Shown here: positions 1 through 13,589 of the stretch, piece by piece | Layout: every line of letters starts with the position of its first letter | Numbering within the stretch: position 1 is the first letter of the stretch | Assembly: GCA_048013815.1 (NCBI GenBank) | Contig: CM106585.1 | Span: 6,076,001-6,140,000 of the forward strand | Source: Setoptus koraiensis | Lineage: Eukaryota > Animalia > Arthropoda | DNA length: 64,000 bases | Direction: 5' to 3' | Position numbers and translations under genes: made by a program | Notes under the pieces: model-generated | What the model was told of the DNA's origin: nothing | Database searches by the model: none | Seen by the model: the letters and a program-made list of their open reading frames with translations, nothing else

Positions 1-3000
1 TCATTAGTTTGAACCTTTTTTTCTTGCTTTCAGTACAGTCTGATTGATTTGCAACCTCCCTACCATCACTATCATTAGTTGAGAATCAAATTAGGTTAAT
101 CGCTGTGTAGAAGCGAATTGTATTTATTTAATTTCTACATTTGTATTTCGAGGTTTGGCAACAGCCATTGGCTGTAATCAATTCGTATTGCAATGCTGCA
201 ATCACTGCCTGCTTAATTTTGATTGCAATTGAATGTAAAACTGCTGTTGACAATTTTATTCGCGCAGCCAAATAAAATGCCCAACTACTAAGCTGAATAT
301 TAATTAAGTGTCTTGATTGGCGAGATTATAACGAATAGACATTATGCTAGTTCACATAAAATGCCGGCTTCTATGTCGGCTCTGTTGCTGCCTATGTGAG
401 AGAGAGAGAGAGAGAGAGAACCTTGCCTCTACTATTGCCGACATAGATATATCAACATTGGCATCATCATTTAATGTGATTTTGATACTAGATATTATGG
501 CCAGAAGCAATTAGATAGTATTTCCACAGGAGGAGACAGAAATCAATAGAAGCGGTTATTAAACTGATTAGCATACGCAAATTCGTTTGTGTGTAGCACC
601 AAGCAATTATTGCCAGCGCACCTTGAACAATCCGGACAATAAACGGACTATGCAAAGTATAACTGAACGCTGATCTTCCGCATCGATCCGCTATCTTGTC
701 TGCGAGAATTCTTGTTGAGAGTTCTCAACCAGATCCCAGTTGCACCTAGGCCCTTTGGCAGAGCTTGCAACGTTGAATGACCCCACAGTAGACAGCCTAC
801 TTAATTTGTGATCGCTTACTGCTATTTCTTGCCAATCAGACTGTCGCTCCAATATCTATCTATTCACTTTATATTTGTGCAGTTGAATCTAGTTAGTTGT
901 ATCGTCAAAATGTCGAGATATTTTGCATGTAAAACAATTTACAATTAATTAACTAGTGTGTTAATTGCAAATAGAATATCTTGCATATCGACGATACTTG
1001 TTGTTTTTGTACAAGATGCGGCCACCATCGTATCATTAGTTGGCCCACCACAGCACACATAAAATTGATGATTATCCTAATGATGATATTCGATACTAAC
1101 ACACATGATGTCTCGTCTAGTGGATCCGACAAATACCGACGCTGATCAATATCGCGAGTCCTATGACTGACTAGTCGCTGGCTGCTAGTGCCAGTTTGTT
1201 TCGTATCAGTTGGCTGGCCTAGCAGCAATGTTCGATGATGATTAAGATCATCATTAGCTGTATGTACATTTGATTTTTGTCCAATCACACTAACACAACA
1301 GATAAACATCTTATTGCAGTTGGCATAGAAGCAAAATTTTCTGCTTCTTGTCTTGTCCGCAATCATACGTTGGCCTCTCAATGAAAAGAATGTCCAGCTT
1401 GCAAAATTTGACAAAACTGCATTCAGCAGTAAACTTTCAAAGTTCAACTAAACTCACACATAGTTTGAATATAAATATTGACACTAACTAAACTATGTAA
1501 GCTGTCAATGTTGTGTGTCGGCGTACGAATATCGAACATTATGCAATCATATATTCGAAGCCGAATGTGTGTGTATGTTGTGGTGTGTTGTTGGCTGGAG
1601 AACTGGCAAAAGATAGACTAGTTGGTAGGCAAGCAACAATAACTTTGAATTAATGGCTGCCACCATCACCATCACTCGCCAAATGAATGTTTAAATATTC
1701 AAATGCGAATCACGCACTTACTTTTTGAACCTGCTGCATCACCTAACCACCTTGCGCCTCTGGGGGATATAAATCAAATTTGGAGTGCGCAAATTACAGC
1801 CACTACCGTGATGTTGTTGCCGATGTGCACATAGCAAAAAGCAAGCTGCTGCTGTTGTTGCTGTTGGAACTGTGTAGCTGCACTGTATTGTATGCCAACG
1901 GTGCATGTAGGACTGTATAATGACGACGCCTTGCACCAACCAACCAACCAACCTTTGGCCCCGCTGCGAGCAAACAAATTGAAATCGGGGTTGGGGCTCC
2001 CCGGCCCCCTATGACTCACGCTCCTCCGTGGGGTCCCAAGTGGCTAAAGTAGTAGTGTGTGTGATGAAATGGGATTAGTGCTGACACGGCGCCGCGCGTC
2101 CAACGAGAGAGAAAAAGGAACCACGGATTATGTAACTCATTGCGGGTCCCGCAATCCATGAGTGTGCCTTGTGTGCTCACTAAGTGGGTGAGATCCATAT
2201 TTGGTTGTCTCGTGTGCGTTGTCGTTGTCGTCGTCGTCTTCTTGTTTAGTCATCCATTAACTTTACGCATATCTGGTTGATTTGCATAACGTCAGTGGTA
2301 GCGGGCGACGTTGGCGACGGCGGTTCACCAAGTGGTCGTGGTGGTGGCGGCGTTGCCAGCGCGCGAGCACTTACTTCACTTAATCAATTAGCCGACCATT
2401 GAGGTGTATCTAGTAAGGAAGCGCGTTGGTGTGCGTGTAGAGAGAAACAGCCAGAGAGCATTGTTTGAATTTTCTCTTGCGTAATGAATAAAATCTTAAA
2501 AATTACAGTCTGACAGCAGTGACGGTGGGACTCACTCGCTCGGTTGGTGTCAGTATCACACAACAGCTCAACTAATTGATGATAATCTCTATTGATTTGC
2601 ACCATATCCATATCTGGCGGCCCACTTCCTCTCGAACACCCATCACTAATGGGCGCCCAATTGGAGCCTCCTTTTCTGGAGCGCAAATGCACGCATGGTT
2701 GTATATTTTCCATATAAGCAATGAGTTGTTGTCGGTTGTGCGCGGCTTCATGCAATAGCGCCTCGCGCGCACTCATTGCGTCATCATCAATCTCGATATG
2801 GCGGGTTGGTGGTATGTGTTTGCAATGTTGTTGGCAACACGATATGGTACGCTTTGATTGTCGTCGCGCTACGCTCGCTTTTTTGCCACTATTATATCAT
2901 TTTATATTGTGTTATAACAATCAACATTGTAGTAGCAACATATGATATCATGGATTTAATCCACCGCCACTATAGGCTTCGGCGGTGGCGGCGACAACAA

Positions 3001-6000
3001 CACCAATATCTCACAACGAATACATGTGTAAACATATGGTGGCAATGGTCTAGATATAGAACGCGCAGCGCGGATTTGCCATGATTTACTTGGCCCGTTC
3101 TATTTTTGCTGCTTCCTCCCTTTTTTTATACACATAGATATACTTTTATTATATATTGCTTGCCAGTTTTTTGTTTTGTTTGTGCTGCTGTTCGCCAATG
3201 CGGGCCCAAACTCTCGCTGTCTTTTGATTATATGGCTATATGATTCGCGCAGATTTGTGTGTGTCTGTGGCAACGTAACAGCACGAACAACAACAACAAC
3301 GATGTGCGTGCGCGTTCCACCATGTTGACCCAAATGATAATTACAATGTCCCTAGTCTGTTTGCGCACCAACGATTCTAAATTGTAGGGGTCCGCAAGAA
3401 AAATATTATGATGCGCAGTGATACTAATTATGTTTGTCGTTGCTGTCCTCTTGCCAACTCTTGCGCGATATGGTGGCTCTTGTTGTCGTCTCACCCAGCT
3501 AGCAACTGTTATGTTGCGCGGCTAAAACAACGACAATTTATCCACCAAATGAGCTCTAATGACCCCGAATGGGTCTAAACAAGTAGTCGACCGACACGCA
3601 GTGTGCGCCGACACTCTCTGGCAACACTCTGGCGTTCACGAGCGCGTGAATCAATTGATTTGTCTGTTAGAGAATTTGTTGTTTTGTTGGCGCGAGCGCA
3701 CTTTATGCCAATAGAGCGTGAATCTCTCTTGCCAACGTATAGCGACACAGAGTCAACACAATCACAGCACCACCATCTCCGTTCACGGTCATATCCCCCC
3801 CCCTCTCGCTGGCCAGTCGAGCTTGCTTGCCTGTAACTGGTTGTTAACTATGCCAAATGGCTGCAATGTTATCAAGACAGCTAACGCGTCTTCATCTAGC
3901 TTGGCGAGTGCAAGAAGTGGTGGCAGTGATAGTGTATGAGCGGACGGACCCCGGTGGCCCCAGTTCCGGACAAGTGACTGTTTAGTGACCGGGGCCAGGA
4001 TTGTCGTTGGAAAAAGGGAAACCTTCCAATCGTGCCACACGCCGTTGCTCTTTCTTTCTGTTGTCCCTTTGCACGCGATAGAGGTGATCACTATTTAATA
4101 TCGAGCCACACAAGCAAGCAAACAAACAAACAACCCATGGCAGTGTTGTGTGACCATAGATAGAGCCGCGTTCGCTCTTTAGGAAAAAGGAGCACGTGCT
4201 CAATTTATTACCTCTGAAATGTATCTATTACCATTTCTGTGCTGTGCGATGATGATGATGCAATGCTGCTAAAAGCAATTGACGCGCGAAAAACAATGGG
4301 ACCCAGCGATGCGCTAATGCCTGATACTATTGCCCATTTACGCACTCTAGATACAGCTTGTGTGTGTGTGTGTGTAGTAGATACAATGTGTGTGTGTGTA
4401 GAGAGAGAGGGAGCAAAAAACTAACAGCAACTTAATTGATTTAATGATGCTATCAATCGATCAACTGATCAATGGGAGCGGGCCACTTCCTCGCTCGCAC
4501 ACACACACGCACACACCCCAAACTGTTCACCTGAGGCCCCAGCTGAGCTAAAGCGGCCCCAGATGGCTACCACTGGGGCGCCCATCTCTATAATTAATGA
4601 GCCCGCTCTGTAGTGCACATCTCGGGCCACTACAGTGGCAGCGCCGATGTAATGTGCGCCCCTGCAGAGTGCACACGGGAAGCACTTTATTCAATTGGAT
4701 GGCTGCCCGCGGTCAGCATCATTAGAAACAACAAGCGGCGCAACTGTCTGGCGAGATGGCAAGCTAGTTTGGCAAGCGCGGTTTTGTCGCCGGCCAGCAC
4801 ACAAAGAGCAAAAGAATTGAATTTTGCTTCTTTCTGTACTTTGCTTCTCTGATATATTAAAAGAATTGCCTCCGCATACAGTGCAGCGCAGTATACATGT
4901 ACTGGTGGCGGTGGCGGTTGTGTTGTGCGAGCAGGTCAAAGAGGAGGAGGGCAGTGTTGTGTTCAGTGGAGATGCTATCACTTTCATCTCGAGTTCTCTT
5001 GTACAGTTGTTGTTGCTTGCGAGTTGAATTGTTGTCGTATATTTATAAGCGGCGCACTAGTGTGTTGTGTTGTGTTGTGCAGTGTGACTGCCAGAAATAG
5101 AAGCGAGAAGAAAAATTTGACGACTTGCCTCGGCGTAGCCAAGTTAAGTGGCTTGCCATGTAATAATAATGTTTGCAATAGTTGGCATTGTTCTTTGTTT
5201 CTGGCCTCTGGCTGGTGGCTGGCTGGCTGCATGGCTGCATGGCTAACTCACTGACTGACTGACTGGCGGATGGCTTTTGCTCATGTGAGTGCCGTTGAAA
5301 AGGCAATGATGCCATAACCGAGTGAAATTGATATGACACAATAAAAAAGAGCGGACCAACGCAAGACACGATTTGAATGAATTACTTCTATTTGATATAT
5401 ATATATAAATTACTTTAGCGGCTTCCATCGCCACTATTGCACAATACAACCGTTGCCGGCTCGGCCCTAATTTGTCTAGACTAATGCAAACGCTGCAGCG
5501 GCTAACAGCAGCACTAGCGGAATAGTTGAATTATCTTGCCAACAATACTGACAACAACAACTAAGAGACAATTATCTCTCTCTCGCTATCTCTATCTGTG
5601 TACTACACATGTAAGTAAGGCGAATGAGAGAAACAATTGTCAAGTTGATAATTAGTTAAGTGCTAGTTAACAATTGGCAGCATGCTAATTTGCATTGGGG
5701 CTCGTTTGTTGCGTAGCCGCTTACGCAAGCCACTTACACAAGCCAGCAGCAGCACTGTACCTGTTCCCTTGCGTACGTTTATCGTGGCTATTATTGTCAC
5801 ACACACACACATTCGCCGAGAGAATCGAAAATTGTTTGTTTGCATGACACACATTATGCAAAAGTTTGATCGGCGCATATATTAGCAAAATATTTCCTTA
5901 TTTATCATGTCCACTGGTCCACAAGATGCCAGTGGATCAGTGGACATACATGACTGACTGACTGACCACTACTCACTTGCTGCAACCACAACAATTTAAT

Positions 6001-9000
6001 GCGAAATTACATGTTACATGTGGTATGGAGACGTTGTTTAGTGGCAGCAGAGAACACTTTTCCCGCATCACCTTTTTCCTCCTTTTATGATGCCTCTGTT
6101 AAGCTTACCTGGCTGCCTGCTTGCCTGTAAACTGCTTGAGATCACCACCGCATTCTAATCAATTACCTGGTCGCCATCACATGAGTTGGTTGATGGCAGT
6201 GTCCGCATGACGTATGCAAATAAGCTGAATAAGCCGCTTCTCTCGCTATGATTGTCGCCTTAACCAAACAAAAACAATAAGTATTATATTTTTCTTTTTC
6301 TTTATTTTTGACAAATATCCAACATGAAATGAGAACATGATTTGATTGCGTGTGCGGATTGTTTTTTTATTACTGTGTCACACAGTTTGTGTGTGTGTCC
6401 AACGGCAAGGCCAACAAAAACACAACATCAACGAAAACTTCAAGACAGAAAAATGTCACCATGTTGGTGTGTCATTGACCCCAGCTAGCTACTCGTCGTC
6501 TGGATGATTTCATCATTATGTGTTTGCAGCTAGCGACACAACGGATGTCTAAGTATACGGGCAGCTTGTTGTTATTTCCAGTTTAGAATGTTTTGCAATG
6601 TGTTATAAGCTTGCCTTGCCGCTGTTTGCTTGATCCCATTCGAACATCTGAACAACCAGTGGTGATACCAGCGGTGATGATCTATCATCATATTTGATAT
6701 CAATTGTGTGACAGCTAACGCTGCGAAACGCGCTGCAATCACGGCTGTTTTTGTTTTTGGCGTCTTAGCAGCAGCAGCAGCGTCAAAAGGAGCAACAACA
6801 GCAACAACAACGACTGCAGCAACAGCATCTAATGTCACCAGATGATCATTCAATGTCAGACAAGACGATAGCCATTGTTTGCCAGTTTTCCAGTTGTTTG
6901 TGTCGCTTGCTAATCCTATGCGTTTGTTTGAATTTGCCCACTGTGCAGCTGTGTCCAGCGCACACTTGCCAACAATCGGCGCTAATGATGCACTTATTCA
7001 CCTGTTATCCCAAATATCAAGTAGCCAGCCAGCTGTGTGGTTGTTGGTTGAGAGCTATAATTTATTCAATCTAGTCTCGTTGTGCAAGTCTCAATGAGTG
7101 TGTATGTGTGTGTGTGTGTGCGTTTGGCACGTCCAAGTGAATGATGCTCCTTGTAGGAACAAGTGGAACAAGCTTGTCAAAGTGTCACACACGTGGACTG
7201 TCATTCACGTCCGTTCATTCTTAATTACTTAGTCTCCCTACTGGCGCACACTGGTGCCACTAACTTGTGTTTGCGATATTTGCGCTAGTCCGGCAAACAC
7301 ACAAACACTTGTCGTTGTTGCGTCCATTGTTTATATCGCCGCTGCTGCTGCTGCCGCTGTTGTTGTTGTTGGTGGTGCTACTTGACGGACACGACACCAT
7401 GGCGGCGACGACCATTGTTTTTAGTTCAAGTTGCTGTTGTTGTTGTCAGCAAAGTTAGCACATGCTGAGAATGAAATGACAACAATGCAAGATGGATTCT
7501 CATTGCTCTCTGGTATGTCCACTCACTGGCCGACGCTCACTGGGCCAAGACTGGCCATCAAGAATCAATGTTTTTATTTTGCGCACGTTGCAGCCGTTAT
7601 TTGCCTTTAGTTGTGGCCACTGTCCGTCACATCAGCAGCCCCACTGACGCAACCATGGCTTTGTTTGTCTCCGGGCGGCGTCGGCGCCGGCCCATGGGAC
7701 CCCTAACACACACGCACCAAGACAGAGAGCGAGAGGGAGAGAGAAGGGCGTCGATAGTAATGATGATGATCCTCTTACTTCTTCGTCGTCATCGTCGTCT
7801 TCTTCTCCCTCTCTCGCTGCGCACAACAACGCGACTAACAAGACTGGCTGAGAATATAGAGAATATAGAGCAGCTCGTATGTTATTATTATCATTATACA
7901 GCAACAATCGTTGCTCGCTTGGATAACGGCGCGCACACATGTGAGAAGCGACAGCGCAGCAGCAATAACGAGATTACGTCATCGTCGCTGTTCGTCACCA
8001 ACTGTGCTGTGGGCAAGCGACCAGTGTTGGCCTGTGCTAAACGACACATAACAGCCAAACATAACAAATGTCTTGATAGCTCTCTCGGACGAGCCACTGT
8101 GCGCAGCAGCAGCAGCAGCCACATGACAATATCGTCGTATCCATGTCAGCGGTGCTCGGGTTTTGGTCATTTCCGTTGAGAAGCGAGCCATTGTCAGGCG
8201 CGTATAGTGTTGGCCTAGTTTGTGCGCGAGCGCGAACAGTCGCCAGTGTACGTGTTATCTCTTTCTCTCCATGAATTCTTACATGTCGTTGGCACACACG
8301 CACAAGATGGATTTGGTGGTGGCGTCAGCGGCGCCCTCCAATGAACATTTTGTGCGCGAGAGGTGGGGGCATCAAGGTGAATTGAATTGAATTTCATCTT
8401 CGCTTTGTTGGGCTCGTTGTGCTGTGTTGTGCGTTGGTCGCTCGCTCTCATTCGCTTACGCAACAACAGATAGCATCTCTCGATTTAAAATTTTGATTCT
8501 TGGCCCCATTGTAAAGCGCTCGAATTCGCGGTGTTTTGTGGCCAAACAACCACTGACGACAGCGGCGGCGGCGGCGGCCAGTATAGCTCGACTGTAGTAC
8601 AGCAGCATTCGACAGTAGACAGCGCAAACTGTAGCTGGGGCACGCGCCACAACAACGCGCGTGCAAATGGTCTGTTCCTTGGTGAGTCATCATTTTCGTC
8701 ATCATTCTCTTTTGGCGCTGCCTGTCACATGCTGTTGTTGTCATTGTGTGTGTGTGTGTGTGTGTGACTGAGTCTTGACTGTTTGCCAGAAAACGAACGC
8801 GCAAAAGAAACAGATTAAATCGCCTACACAGACAGTGGTGATATAATGGCCCGGCAGTGAGTCAGTGGGCCGGCCCGGCCCGGCCATCCGGAGGTGAACA
8901 GAGGCCGGCGTGGAGAGCTTGGCTGGATTACGCTGGCGCTATTCTTCTCGGCGGCCACTCAACAAACAACTAGCGAGCTCATTAGTGGGCCGTATTGTCG

Positions 9001-11383
9001 ATGCCAATTTGAAAGGATTTTGCTTGCCACTGGCTGCATTTCGTTGTTGCTGCGTCACACAGACCAATGGTGCGACGCAAAGAAAGTTTTCCACACAATA
9101 CAGCGATCGGCGATTTGGTTGTATGGTGGCCATGAGATGCCTCGACGGCGGCGGCGGAGGCAATTGTTTGCCGGTGCGTCCATTGATGGTCGTCGTCACT
9201 GAACAAAATGACCTCGACAGCGAATAATCGCCCGATCGCACTTGTGTCGCCAGTGGCTAGGCGCCAGCCATGCCATGCGTCATGTTTGCAGCAGCAGCAG
9301 CAGCACCGACAACAGGGCTGCCGCCGCTGTCACTTGTTGTTGTTTGTCGTTACGCAAACGGAAGTGGCATCCATTGACCCCAAGTTACTACTGTTTTCAC
9401 TGTATTGGCAGTGCCACTGACAGTGCCAGTGTGTGTGTGTGTACCGGGCATGTTTGTTGTTTGCTGTCAATAGTCTTTATCGGCTTGTCACCGTTTCCTG
9501 GCCGTTCGTTGCATGTCTTGAAGCGACCGCGGCTGTTATTGCCTGTGTGTTGTTGCGCGCACGTCGGGCTGGCCAGTGGTCGAGCAGCAACGCTGGCTGC
9601 CACAGCGGCCAGTTGGGCCAACCGTGCAACTGACGGCCACGGATTGCATAATAACGTCATGTTAATTTTGTTTAGCGTGCTTTTGTCAGCGCGTGTAGCC
9701 TGCTGCTCGCACACAAAATGCAAACTAACTGGCCAGTGGTGAATAATCGAGCAGCGGCCAGTTGTGTGTTCTGTTGAGTTGAGTTGAATTCGGTTGCGTA
9801 ACAGCAACAACAACAGCGACTGGCAGTGCAAGCAGCGACAAGCTAGTAGAAAAAGCATTTTGTGATAGCGCGCCAGATAGCGCGCGAACAAGAAAACTGT
9901 CGTCCGTGCTGGCGCCAGTTTCGGTATAGCACGCCAACTGACACGCGCTTATCTGCATGCCGCCAGACGGCCAGCGCCGACCCTTTAGCCGGCCATAATG
10001 GACTTGACCAGACCATGCACTGCGCCACAGATCACTGATATATCTGGCCAGAGAATCTAGCTGCTGGCGATGATTCATGTTGCGGTCTGGTCATATTGGG
10101 CCGCCGCCGCCGCCGCTATCGCTGGCCAGAAATCAAATTGTGTTTGGCTGAGCGCGGGCCTCGCCACTGACGCTCTCGCCCATTATCAGCATGATCTAGC
10201 TTATTTTTATTGGTTGTTGGTGGCCGCCACTGAGTCGAGAGGCAGCGTTGGCGGCACAGGCGGCTCAGGCAGCGCGCTCAATTCGCGCATTACAAACAAC
10301 GACATTATGTTTGCCATGTGGGCCAGTTACGTAACTATGCTGCTTCTTGGCCAATATTATTTGCGCACAATTTGAGCGCGTGCTTCTTCTCAAGTCAAGG
10401 GCTCGCTCTGGTTGTGTGTGTGTGTGCCGCTTCTCTAGTTCTGGTTGTGCGTTTGATTCTAGTGCGCGCTGGTTGCTGCTGCGCCGGGCCGGGCCGGCCG
10501 AAATTGGCGCGCTGACCAACGCCCACACGCTCACACATAATGAGCAAACAAACTATCAAGCTATCCATGGCCGGGGTATCACTGAGCAAATAACCAGTAT
10601 TATTTGCTCAGTGTTGTTGTTCGCAAGATTCACATGCTGCCATCCACAACTTATTGTGCAATAGGTTCTGGCCGGACTTCTCAAGTGAGCACACGCTTCT
10701 TATTCTTGTGTGTGTGTATATATATACAATACAATAATGTATGGCAATGGTGGTGGCGCCGGGCGCCAATGGAATTACCATCTCGCCCAAGTAGAACAAG
10801 TAGTGCACAACTTGCCATGATAAATAATGATAAAATGGTGCCAGTATATATATCATATCTTTGTCCATGTTGTTGTTGGTGCCGGTGTGGCCGTTGTTTC
10901 AGTCGTCAAAATGGTTCAATATTACTTATAGTAGTTGCGCTTGCCCGCCAACCGCCCTAAGTGCCGCTATTACGGCGGGCAATACGGTACCTAATGCAGC
11001 CTAATACACGACAATACACGACAATATGCGCCGCCAATATACGCCAATGTGCGCCAATAACATGGGTATATAGCAAACATGCCAACACACTATGCGACTA
11101 CGGGCCGCGACTATGGCACCAATGCGCCGGGCCCAGCTACATTGGCTTGTCGCGTTACATGAACAGACAGATGAATAACAGGATATTGAATAGTGGCCAG
11201 ACACTGAGTGACAAGCTGCGAGCTTGGAGCTGCTGCAAGCTGTCAGAGCGCGTGCCACGTGTAAATGACAAACAATCTAACTATCGCATTTGTCTTCTTT
11301 CCCTTTCTCGCTCTCTCATCTCACCTCACCTCAACGGAACTGATTTGCGCCAACCCGTGACAAACAAACAAACGAACGAACAG

Positions 11384-13558
11384 GTACTATTGAGCACCAT
11401 CAACAAGGCTGTGGAATTCGAGGACAGCTTATTGGAGGACAAGACGCCAATACTTGGTGATATCCATCTAGACAAGCACGCCAAGCACGTATACGTGGCA
11501 ACCCCATACAAGGTAAGTAAGGCTAGTTAACACTTATACACCCCATTGCTGTCTTGGTACTGCAGCGTATGCTTGCTGCTGCTGCTGCTGCCGCCTTGTT
11601 GTCGTATGTCTAGTGATGCGGCAAATCTATCCAGGGATTACTTTTATAACTTGTACGCGAGACGCGAGATTAGTGTGTGTGTTTGCCCCAACTGACTGAC
11701 TGACATTGTCGACAATGACCACTATGAAGAGGATTAGACAGATTATTATTATTATTATTATTGCTGCCGCTGCTGTCGGCTCTCATCAAGAATCGACACA
11801 CAAATACCACTGTCCTTTGCATGGCTTCTTCTGGCCAGTTGGCCTTGCACTTTTCATTATTCTTAACAGTGTGTGCGCGACAACAGCAACAACAACAACA
11901 ATAACAACTGCCAACTGCCGATTGGCCTTTTGACAAGAATTGGCCAACAGCAGCAGCAGTGCACTAACAAGCAACAAACAAAAGGTACAGCCAAAATAGG
12001 TATTAGTGTGTGCTGCGCACTGCTTAGCCATGAGAGAGAATTAACAAACTCTTGAGAGAATCGCTGCCTTATACCTTATTGTTTTGTCTTGCGTTCGTGT
12101 ATTTTCATCATCCTATTTGTGTGTGTGTGTGTGCAACTCACCTGTTATCTACATTGTATATTGCAGTGTGCATTGTAGTTGAGCTAGTGACGACTAGTGA
12201 TGCAACGCAGCCAGCCGGTCAATCGGTCGATCAGGCACCAACAGGTGCGTGTGAGAACTCAAATTAAATTAACGAGCTGCTGCTGCTGCTGCTCTAATTA
12301 GAGCAACAGCAGCAAGTGAAGGTCACCTCGTCATCACTCTTTGTTGATTGCAACTTTGGAGCTACTAGCAGCACTGGCCGTTTCCAGTAACCAGCAGTAA
12401 CCAACAGTGACCGGCAGCAACCGGCAGTAGGCAGCAGCAACTAGACAACAGTGAGCGTGTTTGTTTTCTATTTTAAAGTGCTGCTGCTGCTGACACAGGA
12501 AAGCTCGGCCCGGCGGCCCGGCTGCCCGTCGTCCGTGTCCCCCTATCTGGGCTTGGCATCTTTGGTGTCCGTGTGTATATATGGAGATATTGATATCGAT
12601 ACTTTGCGTTGTGCACAAACAACTTCTTTCAATCGAGCATATGAATAGCGATTGGCAATGGAGAGATGGCGTACAGATAGAGACACAAAGAGACAGAGAA
12701 GAAGGGAATGTATCATCTTTCGAAGCGTTCTCTCGCTTGGTTGCATCTCGTTTCAATTTGTTCCTTTCCTCTCATGCAAATCTCTCGTCCCTCTTTCTCT
12801 CTCTCTAAACACACACACTCGCCTCGAACACGCCAGATCCGCCAGCAACAACAGCAGCAGCAGCTAATCTCTGCCATTATTATTGGTGGCCGGTGTCAGC
12901 GGCATGCATCACTGGCATCACTGTTCCATCGAGCGCATGATGATAATAATTTTTATCTAGCGGTTTTTATCTATTAAATATCGGCTCTCTGCCTCTGTCT
13001 CTATTTCTGTCTGTCTCTCTGTCTGTCGCATAAAATCCCACTAAATCGGCCTAGCAACTGGCATGGCTCTAAAGCGCATGAATGCCACCACACGAATACA
13101 TGACTTTGTGCAAATGATTATCTGCCGTTGGGTCGACCCCAAATGGGCGCCATTGTGCTCACTCATTACACTCGAGCTTGCTGATAGATTTCAATGTTTG
13201 AAACCGGCTTGATTTGAAAATAACCGCTAGGAGCGCTTGTGGCACCCCAAGACGCACAGCTGAGCCCGGAGTGTTTCGTCGAGTGTTTCCTTTTTGTGAT
13301 TGCGCGCAGCCCGAGGCTTGCGCCGAGCCAAATTGTTTTGCGTAAACTTTTTCAAACTTTTCACAGAGAGCGATACGACACACCGCGCGTTGCCGGCACA
13401 AATTTGCAAATTATGGCGCTTATTTAACCCAAAATCGGGGCGCATTCGCGCGGCCAACGAGGCAGCAAACTTTGAATGTCGGCAACAAATAAATTCTCTC
13501 TCCTTGGCCCTGTCCATTATTTGTTCAACTATTGCACCCATCCAGGTATCGCTTATAC

Positions 13559-13589
<31 letters not shown>

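Noticed and set aside
10961-11383. 141-codon open frame upstream of the first plexin exon
   Set aside because: No Sema-like sequence; treated as intron read-through before the acceptor at 11383.
12169-12210. GTGCATTGTAGTTG, matching the start of miR-33
   Set aside because: The 3' part diverges, the hairpin is short and irregular, and the host is not SREBP.
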